A stretch of 64,000 bases of DNA. Source: Octopus bimaculoides (lineage: Eukaryota). The notes below the pieces were generated by a model. The model saw only the letters and a program-made list of their open reading frames with translations. It made no database searches and was not told the origin of the DNA. The position numbers and the translations under genes are program-made. This document shows positions 13,577 to 26,803 of this stretch, in pieces; the first letter of the stretch is position 1; every line of letters begins with the position of its first letter. The stretch lies in contig NC_068989.1 in assembly GCF_001194135.2 (NCBI RefSeq), positions 2,907,761 to 2,971,760 of the forward strand, read 5' to 3'.

Positions 13577-13765
13577 TTAACCCCTTAGCATTCAAACCAG
13601 CCGTATCCGACATAAATATTCAGCTTGTTTTATGCTCGAATTGGCCAGGTCTGGTCTTCCATACCTACCCTAAAAATAAACAGCTACGAGATAATGCATG
13701 ATTAATTCAGAACAAATCTGGATAAATAAATGTGACATTTGATAGAGTAATGTGAATGGAGTTAA
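13577..13765. mobile_element. Second piggyBac-type MITE family (TTAA-CCCCTTAGCATTCA ends)
   Basis: Left end TTAA|CCCCTTAGCATTCA. Right end TGAATG..GAG|TTAA is a degenerate inverted copy. Confidence 0.6.
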
Positions 13766-14392
13766 GGAAAATACTTTTTCCATCTGACCCATCCATCCTC
13801 AACCGCTTCAGGTCCCAGTTGAAGACAAGAGTGGGGACACAGCTGTTGCCCTCATGTATGTTTTATGAGAGGAAAAAAGTGGGGTTAGACTGATGAAGCT
13901 AACTGGGTCTGTTCTGATTATTTGATTATATAAAACAGAAAAAAACAGTGGGGAGGATATCCTTGAAACCTTAGATATGGCAGAATAATCCAAGACACTG
14001 AGTGGAGTTTTCCTTCAAATTACCCAAAGTACTTCCCCACTCCCCTATTGTTGATTTTTTTTTTTGTTATTTATTAATTTTGTTATCGTTTTACTTGATG
14101 TAAACTTCTGTATTCAATTTCCATCCTTGGACTGTCCTCAATGTCTTAGACTCTAAAAGATGATAAAAGAAATCATCACAATTTATATCTAGGGTGGCAG
14201 ATTGGCATGGGACAAAATTCCTTGCAGTATTTCTTCAAACTCTTCATGTTCTAAGTTCAAATTCTGCCAAGGTTAACTTTTCTTTTCATCTTTTCAGGGT
14301 TGATAAAAAATAAAGTACTATTTCAAGTACAAGGATTGATGGCACCGACTCACTCTCCTTAAAACTGCTGGCCTTCTGCCTAAATCAAAAAC

Positions 14393-14455
<63 letters not shown>

Positions 14456-14458
<3 letters not shown>

Positions 14459-14680
14459 GGTGGTAAGCTGGCAGAATCGTTAGCATGCTGGGTGAAATAC
14501 TTAGCAGTATTTTATCTGCCACTACGTTCTGAGTTCAAACTCCACCAAGGTCAACTTTGCCTTTCATCCCTTCGAGGTTGATAAATTAAGTACCAGTGAA
14601 ACACTGGGGTTGATCTAATCAACTAATCCCCTCCCTACAAATTTGAGGCCTTACGCCTTCAGTAAAAAGGATTATTGTTA
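14456..14680 (+). mobile_element. SINE family A copy with CpG decay
   Basis: Collinear with 6441-6652; most CG positions appear as TG/CA. Confidence 0.85.
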
Positions 14681-14816
14681 TTATTATCATTATTATTATT
14701 ATTGGAGCAAATACAAAGCCATTTGCATATAAAGTGCTTTAGAGTGAACTTTGGTTGATAAACAGAGAGAAATAGGTGTGAGAAAACATGTAAATAATAC
14801 CCACACACACACATAC

Positions 14817-14859
<43 letters not shown>

Positions 14860-15079
14860 TAATTAGAAGCTGACATAGATGTGTAATAGAGATTGGTGGC
14901 AAGGAGATGACACAGATATGAAGCTCCAAAGGGATTTCTGCTATTGAAATATTAAAGACTATTGATATTTCTGATGCATACACACATTGAAATTCGCCAA
15001 AAGCATGTGCATGCATGTTAGCAAAGACAACAAAAACTAAAGACTTTCGATGAAAGACTTTCAGTACAGGACATATGGA

Positions 15080-15141
<62 letters not shown>

Positions 15142-15289
15142 TGTCTGTGTATCTTTTATTGTCTACTTGTTTCATTCATTAGGTTGAATTAAGCCCAGTC
15201 GAATGAATTAAGCCCAGTTTACTCTTTTTACTCTTTTACTTGTTTCAGTCATTTGACTGCAGCCATGCTGTTGGCTGTGTGGTGGACAG

Positions 15290-15790
15290 AGACTCATGAA
15301 GAGGACAGAGCATCATGGTATGGAGTGGTATTGCACTCAGTTAGAAATTTGGACCGGTGGTCTTCTAAAACATCAGCCAGGGCTGGAGCAATGGAGTAAC
15401 CACTGCTCACTACATCGACCAAGTGTCGAGGCCTCACATAGTGCCATATTTTACCCACCATCAGAATCATGTGTTCCAACACCCGGGCCCATACTGCCAG
15501 ATTGACAACAGACTTCCTCCACCAGCAAAACATCCAGACTCTACTATGGCCTGCCCTAAGTCTGCACTTGAACCCCATAGAGCATCTGTGGGACGAAATC
15601 TAAAGAAGGCTGACCGACATGTGTCCAAGGCCAAAAACTGTGGCACAACTCAGTGCAAGTTTAAACGGGGTGGGCTGCAATCCCCCATGGCCTTCATTAA
15701 TCGTTTGGTGCATCCGATGTACAGAAGATGCCTGGCAGTAATCAACGCTAACAGTGGTCACATGAGAAACTGAGTTCATCTCTTGGGATC
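15290..15790 (+). pseudogene. Decayed Tc1-family transposase, C-terminal catalytic region
   Basis: Frame-shifted translation gives SIMVWSGI ... HYIDQVSRPHIVPYFTHHQNHVFQH / RAHTARLTTDFLHQQNIQTLLWPALSLHLNPIEHLWDEI*RRL ... MAFINRLVHPMYRRCLAVINANSGH. This matches the Tc1 motifs xMVWGxI, FQxDNARxH, WPxxSPDLNPIEHLW and RCxAVIxAxGGH, with stops and frameshifts. Confidence 0.9.
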
Positions 15791-16904
15791 CAGGATACTC
15801 TGTCATCATGTGACACCATGTGATGTCAAGCATGTTTCAGGAAATGATGTTTTATCATTAGGAAAAAACGATTTCTTAATTAGCATGCTTCAATCAATAC
15901 TATGGCAGTCTGTTAATAAACCAGTTTCTGTTAAGTGTGTGTGCAATGCTTCTTTTGTAGTTCAGTTTATATATATATATATATATNNNNNNNNNNNNNN
16001 NNNNNNNNNNNNNNNNNNNNNNNNNNNNNNNNNNNNNNNNNNNNNNNNNNNNNNNNNNNNNNNNNNNNNNNNNNNNNNNNNNNNNNNNNNNNNNNNNNNN
16101 NNNNNNNNNNNNNNNNNNNNNNNNNNNNNNNNNNNNNNNNNNNNNNNNNNNNNNNNNNNNNNNNNNNNNNNNNNNNNNNNNNNNNNNNNNNNNNNNNNNN
16201 NNNNNNNNNNNNNNNNNNNNNNNNNNNNNNNNNNNNNNNNNNNNNNNNNNNNNNNNNNNNNNNNNNNNNNNNNNNNNNNNNNNNNNNNNNNNNNNNNNNN
16301 NNNNNNNNNNNNNNNNNNNNNNNNNNNNNNNNNNNNNNNNNNNNNNNNNNNNNNNNNNNNNNNNNNNNNNNNNNNNNNNNNNNNNNNNNNNNNNNNNNNN
16401 NNNNNNNNNNNNNNNNNNNNNNNNNNNNNNNNNNNNNNNNNNNNNNNNNNNNNNNNNNNNNNNNNNNNNNNNNNNNNNNNNNNNNNNNNNNNNNNNNNNN
16501 NNNNNNNNNNNNNNNNNNNNNNNNNNNNNNNNNNNNNNNNNNNNNNNNNNNNNNNNNNNNNNNNNNNNNNNNNNNNNNNNNNNNNNNNNNNNNNNNNNNN
16601 NNNNNNNNNNNNNNNNNNNNNNNNNNNNNNNNNNNNNNNNNNNNNNNNNNNNNNNNNNNNNNNNNNNNNNNNNNNNNNNNNNNNNNNNNNNNNNNNNNNN
16701 NNNNNNNNNNNNNNNNNNNNNNNNNNNNNNNNNNNNNNNNNNNNNNNNNNNNNNNNNNNNNNNNNNNNNNNNNNNNNNNNNNNNNNNNNNNNNNNNNNNN
16801 NNNNNNNNNNNNNNNNNNNNNNNNNNNNNNNNNNNNNNNNNNNNNNNNNNNNNNNNNNNNNNNNNNNNNNNNNNNNNNNNNNNNNNNNNNNNNNNNNNNN
16901 NNNN

Positions 16905-16954
<50 letters not shown>

Positions 16955-17539
16955 AAATGGATGTGTTATAAAACTATTCCACACATACAATAACAGCCAT
17001 ATCAACAATCCAACATACCCCCATCATCAGCTGCTCCACAGATATCATGATGGTTTCGATACCAAATACATATATATATATTATCAAGTCCATGCCAGCA
17101 TGAAAGAATGCAAATAAAAAATAACCATTAACATACATAAGTATGTTTGTATGTATGTGCATATGTAATGGCAAGAGATGTAAAAAACAACAAAACTGAA
17201 ACTGAGCCCTATCAAAAAAAAAAAAAAAAAAAAATGCCATGGAGCATCATTTTAAATATGTGTCTGTGTGGGATTTGTTCCAGACCTATTGTACAGACAA
17301 TCCCATGTTGTCGTTTTAGTCATAAGTAATGCTGCAAACTCACTGTGTGGCTCATTGGGATCATGTCACCAATAACACAATTCTTCACTAAATCTGAGAC
17401 AGAATAATTGAATAAATACATGCATGCTTTCAGAATATATCAGCTTTACAGAGATTATCTTAATCTTATCTCTAATCGAATTGATCATCTTCTACATGCC
17501 TAGATCTCTTTCAGCCAATGGCATCTTTGTCTGTCACCT

Positions 17540-17573
<34 letters not shown>

Positions 17574-17811
17574 CTCACCCAGCTCCCTAACACCACACTA
17601 ACACCAGTTATCAAACCATGTGTTTGTGTCACACATACACATGACAGGCTTCTTTCAGTTTCTGTCTACCAAATCCACTCACAAGGCTTTTGAAGGCCCG
17701 AAGCTATAGTAGAAGACACTTGCCCAAGGTACCACACAGTGAGACTGAACCCGGAACCATGGGGTTGGGAAGCAAGCTTCTTACCACATAGCCATGCTGG
17801 CACTTATTATA

Positions 17812-17932
17812 ACCTAGTATATATACATACCTAGTATATATACATACCTAGTATATATACATACCTAGTATATATACATAACCTAGTATATATACATACC
17901 TAGTATATATACATAACCTAGTATATATACAT
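17812..17932. repeat. 17/18-bp minisatellite (ACCTAGTATATATACAT[A]) x7
   Basis: Direct reading of the tandem units. Confidence 0.9.
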
Positions 17933-18810
17933 ACACACTTTCTTTGAGCATTAATATAAATTTTAAGCTCTTTATTTCACACAATAGCAAGGACCCTCAC
18001 TTAACCAAAGAAATATCTTTCACCTAATCCCAGTCAATTAGACATTTCTGCCGATCAGCTCATCAGAAAACTTCACACACACACACACACACACAATTCC
18101 TCTACCTGTAACAGCTCAGCGGCATTAACAAGCTTAACTTATGATGCAATCCTTCCTCCCTTCCTTCATTCTTGCTTTTCTTGTTTACCTTTGTTGCATC
18201 CTTTTTTTAAATTTTTTTTTTTATTCTAGATATTGTATATTATTTTACTAATTGGTTTCTGTAATATAATAATGCTCTGCATTTAGCTCTTAAGTCGTCT
18301 CTACATTGCATGGAACCTGCAGCAATTGTTGAATGTCTGTTGAATTATTTCTGATGAATTATTTATTTCATTATATATCTATATTTAATTTGTTGGTTTT
18401 TGCTCTCCAAGCATTGGCTGTGAACACAAATAGATGTTATCTAACTATCTTAGCAGTTCTCTTGACTTCATATATGTGTGTGTGCGCGCATAAATACACA
18501 CACACAAATATATACATATATACATAGAATCACACACATACATATACATATGTGTATATACAGATACACACACACACAATTACATGTATATGCATACAGA
18601 TGGTTAGATAGATAGATAAATAGATAAATAGATAAATAGATAGATATGTGTATATACACAGATACACAATTGCACGTATATGCATACAGACAGACAGACA
18701 GACAAATAGATATACACAGATACACAAATGCACATATATGCATACAGACAGAGAGATAGATAGATAGACAGAAAGATAAATAGATATAGCTCCTATCACT
18801 CTTTCTATTT

Positions 18811-18846
<36 letters not shown>

Positions 18847-19806
18847 CACACACACATATTTGTGTTTCTAGATAATTCTCAAAAAACCTATAAATTAAAG
18901 AAAGCTAGCAGAGCAGCTATTGTGAACGTAGGACTTATTTTTCATTTGGAAAAGAGAGATAGACTTGAAAGTTGCAGAGATTCTATGCAACCTTATAACT
19001 GAAAAGATTGTGGCAAGGGGCTGATTAATCATGTTGGTGAAGAAAGGGGAACTGGTCCCTTATTGTCACAAAAATGCTTTGAAAAGGTGAGAGATTTTAT
19101 TAAATGAAATGAATAACTGAATAAGATTTTGGTTCCTGGGCTTTGCAGATTTTATAGACTAAACAATGCTATCCTCTGCCAATGATGTTGTTGAGTTTGT
19201 AAGGGAGCAAATTATCAATATATTTGATGGAGGAAAAATTACATATAAAAGACTGATTCCGGTGATGAGGCAGACAAAATGCAAAATTGTTTGACTATGT
19301 CTCGAAACAGCCCTAACTTTGGTATAGCACCCTCCTGCCATGCATACATTATCCTCAACACCATCATCATCATAACGTCAACTTTTCCAGGCTGGAATTT
19401 GTTGAGGTGGATTTTCTACAACCAGATTCCCTTTCTTTTGCCAATCCTCGACTGTTTCCAAGCAATGTAATATTTGCTCCGTGATCAGCAATGTTTTCAT
19501 GGAAGATTGGAAACGAAGGACACCACTTGTATGACAGTGACACTCGTTTACAACAATCATGTAAGATTGAAGAAAAGACACTGAAACACACACACACACA
19601 CACAGGTCTTGGATAAGACTTTAAACTGCATGGATTTTATTCGTAATTGGGAGTTATTTTGACGGAAATAATGACGCTGTGACCTAAGTTATGGTATTTA
19701 GAATATTAATTCCGATTCTTTCATCCAAGAAATTTGGAATTGTGTAAATGTATGAATTTTAAACATATACACACACACACAGAAAATCTGCCTTTTATAG
19801 ATAAGA

Positions 19807-19846
<40 letters not shown>

Positions 19847-20980
19847 NNNNNNNNNNNNNNNNNNNNNNNNNNNNNNNNNNNNNNNNNNNNNNNNNNNNNN
19901 NNNNNNNNNNNNNNNNNNNNNNNNNNNNNNNNNNNNNNNNNNNNNNNNNNNNNNNNNNNNNNNNATATATAGTCTTTTTAAATGCTTCTCTGAGAAAATG
20001 ACAAAAAAAAAAGCGTGTTTTCAATTTGTTGAAACAATGGAAAAGTTTATAAAGAACCCTGGACACTTTGTAGATAAAAGCTTGTCTGTTGGTGCTTTAA
20101 AATGTTTAATAAATGGTAGCATTGCAGACAGCCAAGCGTTGTCCATCGCATGTTGCCATGGATACGGTTAAATTTAGTCACTTCTCAATAGCAGCATTAA
20201 CAATCACAGAAGGATTAAGTCAACAAAGAAAAAAATATATATAGTTTAAAGAGATAAAAATGTGGTTGATTCTATTACTGTAGTTGCTTAGCCCTTGGTC
20301 ACTTGACTGGCAAGACCTGATGTAATATGATCCAATCAAACCTAACTTGCAATTTGAGTCAGACATGATGTGACCCTGACTGCATTATTGGATGGGACCC
20401 TTATTATTAAGATATTAAAGATGTGATATAAGGAACATTTAGCTGCTATGTCTAACAGGTTGAGTAACCATGTAGAGGCTTCTTCACTGCTGCTGCTGCT
20501 GTTGTAGATTTTTCGTTGTGTTATTGTATCCACAACATGTGACTATTACAATCAATCAAAGGAGACTTTTAGAACTCAGCATGGCCGAGACAGTGTCAAT
20601 TGATTGACTGAAAGAGTCGGAGTTGGTTGACATTTGTATTATTTGCTTATCTTTCTATTATTCTTTTCCCTGCTGCCAGGCTCTGCCACTAACTGCAGTC
20701 AATGATGATGATGATGACGATGACGATGACGATGACGATGATGATGATGATGATGATGATGATTGTCTGCTGGGAATTCATAGATGCTACTGCCAGAAAT
20801 GTGGTTGGTACAAATAAATGGAAAAACTTAATTTTCAGAGTCATGACACACATGATGGTGATGGTGATGGTGATGGTGATGATGACGATGATGATGATGA
20901 TGATAATAACAAGAGCACTCAGAGAGTGCAAACCTCTGCCAAGGCAACACCAACGTCCTCTCAACAATTAGTCCAGGAAG

Positions 20981-21275
20981 GATTTTTAAAATGAGAATAT
21001 CTGAAGTAAACTCGATTGCTCTCAAAAACGAGAATACTAAAAATGAATCCGACCACTCTCAAAAATTAAGTAAAAAAACTGGAAAAATAATCAAGAACCC
21101 TTGTCCAGTACCGGATTGATCCCAAAATATAATCATTCCGTGCCAGTCATGAGGCCAAACAACCCTGAAAGTTTCATCCGAATACATCCAGCAGTTCTTG
21201 AAATATCTTGTCCACAGACAAACAAACAAATGCAACTGAAAACAATACCTCTGCCTTAGCGAAGGTGGAGGTAAT
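20981..21275 (-). mobile_element. HINE/non-autonomous Helentron-like element, copy 1
   Basis: Minus strand starts ATTACCTCCACCTTCGCTAAGGCAGAGGTATTG (terminal hairpin), followed by a (TTTG)n microsatellite. It is collinear and highly similar to 48625-48922. The class is inferred from this hairpin plus microsatellite architecture. Confidence 0.6.
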
Positions 21276-23030
21276 AATGAGTCTATTTCTTCAACTCAAA
21301 TTGTTTTGATGCATCATGACACATTTTATGCCTTGCAGATTAATCAAGCAATGACTACCCCAATATGTCAAGTTAATCTGAAGAGACTTTAGTGGTTGCT
21401 TCAACTTATCCCTAAGGATGGGTCTTCCCTACCACGGTATTTCCTCTACTTGTTGGCCATACAAAGGAATTTCTGGAATGCGGTTGCCTTTCATTCGAAC
21501 AACATATCCTACCCATCGGCACTGAATTCTCAGCAGTATGCTTTTGGTACTGTTTCTACTATAGACATAAGGCCTGAAATGTAGTGGGAGGCGGGAGGAT
21601 AGAGGATTTTATTAACCCCAGTATGCAACCGGTACTTATTTTATTGATTCTGAAAGGATGAAAGGCAAAGTCAACCTCGGTGGAATTTGAACACAGAACA
21701 TAAAAATGGAGGAAATGTTGCTGAGAATTTTGTCTGGTGTGGTAGAGCCATCAACACACAAGACAAAATGGCAAATGATGATGACGATGACAATGATAAT
21801 AATAATAATAATGTAGGAACTGAAAACAGAAACAAATCTCATATTAATAGTAAGAAACACCTTGGTAATGACCTAAAAAAAAAAACAACAATGGAGACAA
21901 AAACATAACAAGAACTTGTGACATAAATCCGCAGAGAACAGATGAGAATTGTTAGAACTACAAGGCACTGTTTATGGTAACTACAATGTCACACACACAC
22001 ACGCTGTGTTGTTGATTATCTCCAAATCGTCTCTGATTCATATAGTCTGTGATCAAAGTCATTCCAGCTGTGAACATCTTGATTATTTTCCGGGGGTATT
22101 AGTGTCCCCTGGACAATATCATTCAATGTGTGTTTGTGTGTGTTTGTTTTTTAAGATGGTAGGGTATAGTTTGAGGGAACACTGGGCACTATTTCTAGTA
22201 AGTTGAGCAATTACATAAAAACTTCCTCAATGGCTTACAACAAAATAGTTACCGTGTCTTATTTTCAACCCAGAAACTTAACTCACAAATAATCCATGCC
22301 GACTGGCTGTAATATAGATTTAATTAGTAGCTGCAACTCTATATTATCATAAAAAGAAAGCTGCTAGTTAATTAGTTGTGAGTATGTAAGTTTTACTAAA
22401 AGAAAGCAATTATTAAAGTCTACACTATTTAGATAATTCTTATAAATTCCAATTTCACTGTTTCCTTAAAACGCTGTCTCTCTTTCCATCTCTTTCTTTA
22501 CTGCCTCTATTTCTATCAGTTTGTCCATTTCTCTATCCTCATAACTTTCTCTTTCACTTTTTTCCTCATTTAGTTTTATTTTTTTAATGTCTTTCTCCCT
22601 TTAGTCTTTTTCGTCTCTCTCTTTGTACCCTTTCTCCTCTTATTTAATTTAAAGCTGTTCTTCTTTACCCTGCACACTTGTTACTTTTTACCATTTTATC
22701 CTTTGCAACACTGTCTACCTGTCTGTCTGTCTTTCTCTCTCTCACCTTTATTCAGTTATTTTAATTAAACGTAAGTGACTACAAAATTTTTGAGATACTT
22801 TGAGAATATTTGTGAACATTCTTACACCCTATTTATATCAAAATTACTCGGAAATTTTTCATTACCAGTTCCATATATATATATTGGTAGATATGCACAT
22901 GGCAACAGCTTCATACAAATATGAGATAACACCTGCAGAAAACAGTCTGGGAGTGATTCTGCTATGAACTGAAAACAGCTCAAGCAATGACAACTGTTTC
23001 ACAGTGATGAGTTTACCATCACTTATGACT

Positions 23031-23259
23031 TTAACCTTTTTGTTACCATATTTCTGTTGAGATGCTCTGTGTTTCTTTCAATTAATTTTGAATATAATAA
23101 AGAATTTAGTAAAATAACTAAGTTATCATTCAACTAGTGTTAGGAACATAAATTGTGACCAAGATTTGGTGGAAGATTTTAATTCAAAACTTATGAAAAC
23201 AAGACATTTGTACTCAGAGCTAGAGCCGGTTCCAGCCGGTTTGGTAACGAAAGGGTTAA
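23031..23259. mobile_element. piggyBac-type MITE with TTAA target duplication
   Basis: TTAA|CCTTTTTGTTACC ... GGTAACGAAAGGG|TTAA: terminal inverted repeats with TTAA on both sides. The left end recurs, truncated, at 12371-12440. Confidence 0.8.
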
Positions 23260-24092
23260 ACTGGAAGGGTTCTATCAAACTAACTAGCCAAGCTTACCCC
23301 TATCCTTATACCCTTTATCTTTCCTCCAATCACCCACCCACCTACTCATGGCAGGAAACAGTGTCTTCAGGACACGGTTAGTGATCATACATCTTTAGTA
23401 TGTCCACAGTTGATTAGAATAATAATTAGTTGTTTTAATACAAGGAGTGAGACAACCCTGCCCACTAAATTAAATAGATTAAGAACCTCTCCTTGAAAAA
23501 TGCATTTTTTTGAAAAGCTTTTTTCGGATTTTAGATGCTGGAGATTACAAATATGCAAAAAAAAATATCTTTTTAAAATTTCACCCCTTCCCCCCAATTT
23601 AAATTTTTGATTTTGTTTACTTTAAAATGAATTGACGAACATATGTAAATTAAAATTAAATATAGACAAAAACATTAAAATGAAAAGAATTTGCATTTTA
23701 CTTGTGTTTGCCTTAAATAATAATTAAATGTAAATTAAATATACACCATTTTATGAGAAACAAACATTAATATTTAATAATTAATGTTATAAAGTTTAAT
23801 AAGGGGTTCAAATTTCACCCCCTCCCCCAATTTTAAATTTTGAACTTTTTCATCCATTTATTTATCTGTCTATCTATTTATCCCTGTCCGTTTATTCATA
23901 AGATATATTTGTGAACTAAATGTGGCAGTCCTATAGAGGACGGTGTTACTGTTGTTTTTAGCGCCGGGAAGACACATCTATCTAATCTCTTTATACACAT
24001 ATCTATATGCTTATTGAATTTAAAATTTTGAAAATGTGCTTTCCTGCATATTCGGAGTTTGTCATCAAAAACACGGGGAAAAAAAAATAATT

Positions 24093-24518
24093 NNNNNNNN
24101 NNNNNNNNNNNNNNNNNNNNNNNNNNNNNNNNNNNNNNNNNNNNNNNNNNNNNNNNNNNNNNNNNNNNNNNNNNNNNNNNNNNNNNNNNNNNNNNNNNNN
24201 NNNNNNNNNNNNNNNNNNNNNNNNNNNNNNNNNNNNNNNNNNNNNNNNNNNNNNNNNNNNNNNNNNNNNNNNNNNNNNNNNNNNNNNNNNNNNNNNNNNN
24301 NNNNNNNNNNNNNNNNNNNNNNNNNNNNNNNNNNNNNNNNNNNNNNNNNNNNNNNNNNNNNNNNNNNNNNNNNNNNNNNNNNNNNNNNNNNNNNNNNNNN
24401 NNNNNNNNNNNNNNNNNNNNNNNNNNNNNNNNNNNNNNNNNNNNNNNNNNNNNNNNNNNNNNNNNNNNNNNNNNNNNNNNNNNNNNNNNNNNNNNNNNNN
24501 NNNNNNNNNNNNNNNNNN
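24093..24518. other. Assembly gap containing the 3' end and donor site of the AMPK gamma exon
   Basis: The N-run abuts the open frame at 24519. Other gaps are at about 4863, 12768, 15987, 19847, 39035, 40144, 44888, 49189, 50159, 51981, 53238 and 58518. Confidence 0.95.
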
Positions 24519-24742
24519 GATTTCGACCGAGGACGGAAAGTGTCAAAGAAACTTTTAACTTTCGAGGAATTCGGTGAATGACCTTTGCTCTCATCTCCAG
24601 ATTTACTTCGATGTCGACTGTCTTTTTTTCCCAAGAAATTTGTTTTACGTCCTGTGGATCCAGTACGATATCGGTATTCTCCATCAAGTTCAGATTCTGG
24701 CAAACCATTTTCAAGCAATGGCATAGCAAAAGCACTTAAATC
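24519..24742 (-). CDS. PRKAG2: Internal coding exon (exon-2 equivalent) of an AMPK gamma subunit long isoform, 3' end lost in an assembly gap
   Basis: A T-rich tract plus TGCAG acceptor lies at 24747-24743. A stop-free phase-0 frame follows: DLSAFAMPLLENGLPESELDGEYRYRTGSTGRKTNFLGKKDSRHRSKSGDESKGHSPNSSKVKSFFDTFRPRSK(S), running into Ns at 24518. The first 11 residues match, from memory, human PRKAG2 residues 39-49 DLSSFAMPLLD at 9/11, and these also start human exon 2. No CBS domains are present in the window, so paralogue-level naming is an inference. Confidence 0.85.
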
Positions 24743-26379
24743 CTGCAAAAAAAAAAAAAAAAATTTAGAATGAAATATATATTGATTAAAAGAACTTTAT
24801 CACTTTTAACAATTTGAAATAAAAATACAATTAAAGCAAAACAAATATTAAATGTACCAAATTAAAGATGAAATATAAATCATACAATAAATAGATTATG
24901 TAGTTTTATCAGACACATACACATATACTGTTTTATAAGGGCAAAACATTTCACTTACAAACTTGTTTCAGAACTGTGTAGAGTCTATTGTGTATATGTG
25001 TGCGAATGTGTGTGTATCAGGGCTGTGGAGTTGGAGTCGGAAACAATTAAGGGGTAGCTGGAATCGGAGTCGGTAAAACTATACAAACTCCGACTCACAA
25101 TATCTCTAATATTTAATTTAAACCAGTTTTAAGATATAGGCCTACACATAGTACAAGCATATACATATGCTTTATGAGATACGTAGACCACAATCACTTA
25201 ATTACATAAAGAGGAATCAGAGTCAGAGGTGCTAATAGTAGAGGAGTTGGAGTCAAAGTTTTTTGTTTCGACTCCACAGCCCTGGTGTTTAGACATATAT
25301 ACACACACATATCATCATCATCATCATCATTGTTTAATGTCCACTTCTCCAAGCATGCTTCCATGAGTTGGAAGGAATATATTGAAGTAGGTTTTCTACA
25401 GCCTGGTGTCCTTTCTGTTTATGAGTAAGGTTATGTTTCCTGATGGCCAGACATGTTTTCATGGAAGATTGGAAATGAAGGACACAACTTGCATGACAAT
25501 AATACCCACATACAACTATCATGTGATGTCAATAGCATGGGAAACATGTCAAATGATGATGAAGTTTTAACATATATATATACACACACACACACACATC
25601 TGATGGGCTTCCTTCAGTTTCCAGCAACCAAATTCCCTCACAAGGCTCTGGCTAGCCCAGGGCTATAGTAAAAGACACTTGCTCAAAACACTTGCACAGC
25701 AGGGATGAACCCAAAACCATGTGGTTGGGAAGCAAACTTCTTACCACATGGCCACACCTGCATCTATCTTTGTCTCTAAAGAAAAAGAAAAGAAAACAGA
25801 AAAATGGCTAATTGATAGTTTTAGATACAACTAAAAAGGTGTGACAGGTGTGATGGTCACAGCAGGGAACAGCTTTGGGATGAAGTTTACTCAATCCAGA
25901 TTGACCAAGGACCAGACCAAGCAACAATAAAATATGCAAAGCCAAGACACTTTGTTCTTGAGAATTCTCAAATAGATTCATTAATGCAGAGTTGGATAGA
26001 CGTCAAAATGAAGAAGAGAGGTTATCAATTTGGATCAAATTCCACAAGTTTGCCAAAATATTTTGATTTCGATACAATCTCTAGAAATGTACAGTGTGTG
26101 TGTAATTTGGTCAGTTGAAACTAGAACTGGCAACCACAAATACTTTTAGCTGCGTGGGATCTCCACGTTGGAACATTCCAGCATGGTAAACCTCATGAGC
26201 AGCATGGTTCCTACACAGAGGAACTGTTCATAGTTACCAGTTCTTTTTTCAGCCAACCTAATTAAATTGTTTGTGGTGACTGAATCTTTTTCTTTCGTTT
26301 GCTACTACAAACAATATCAGTGTACATATATGTATGTACGCGTGTATGTACGCATGTGTGTGTGTGTGTGTGTGTGTGT

Positions 26380-26560
26380 GTATCATTATTCAGTTTCATT
26401 TCAAGATTTCTTGCCAATAGAGAAAGAGTCGGTTTCTAACCCAGATCCAAGGATCCTTCATTGTAATTTCAACATCAACAACAGATTAATTTTGTTTGTA
26501 TGTATGATGTATGTATGCATGCATGTATACGTGCAGATTTGTGTTTTGATTTGTTTTTTT
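26380..26560 (+). repeat. Dispersed repeat shared with 54285-54440
   Basis: TTTCAAGATTTCTTG...AGAGAAAGAG.CGGTTTCT.ACC.AGATCCAAGG.TCCTTCATTG..ATTTCAACATCAACAAC occurs at both sites. Confidence 0.7.
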
Positions 26561-26589
26561 GATGATGATGATGATGATGATAAAAATAA

Positions 26590-26763
26590 ATAATAATAAT
26601 AATTTCTACTAAGGTACAAGGCCTGAAACTTGGTGGGATGGGGCTAGATTACATTGACCCCATTGCATGACTGGTACTTAATTTATCAACCCAGAAAGGA
26701 TGAAAGGCCAAGAGTACCTTGGCGGGATTTGAACTCAGAATGTAAAGAATAATAATAATAATG

Positions 26764-26803
<40 letters not shown>

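Noticed and set aside
15423-15773. 116-aa ORF as a real gene
   Set aside because: It is a mosaic of in-frame and out-of-frame parts of the decayed Tc1 transposase.
18900-19300. Possible mariner N-terminal remnant and 42-codon plus-strand ORF MLSSANDVVEFVREQII...
   Set aside because: Only vague similarity with multiple frameshifts, and no diagnostic motif such as WVPHEL or YSPDL.
23540-24092. Twice-repeated AAATTTCACCCCT.CCCCCAATTT.AAATTTT motif and GTCCT-ATAG-AGGAC hairpin as a named element
   Set aside because: It probably belongs to a transposon remnant, but the ends and class could not be established and the gap interrupts it.
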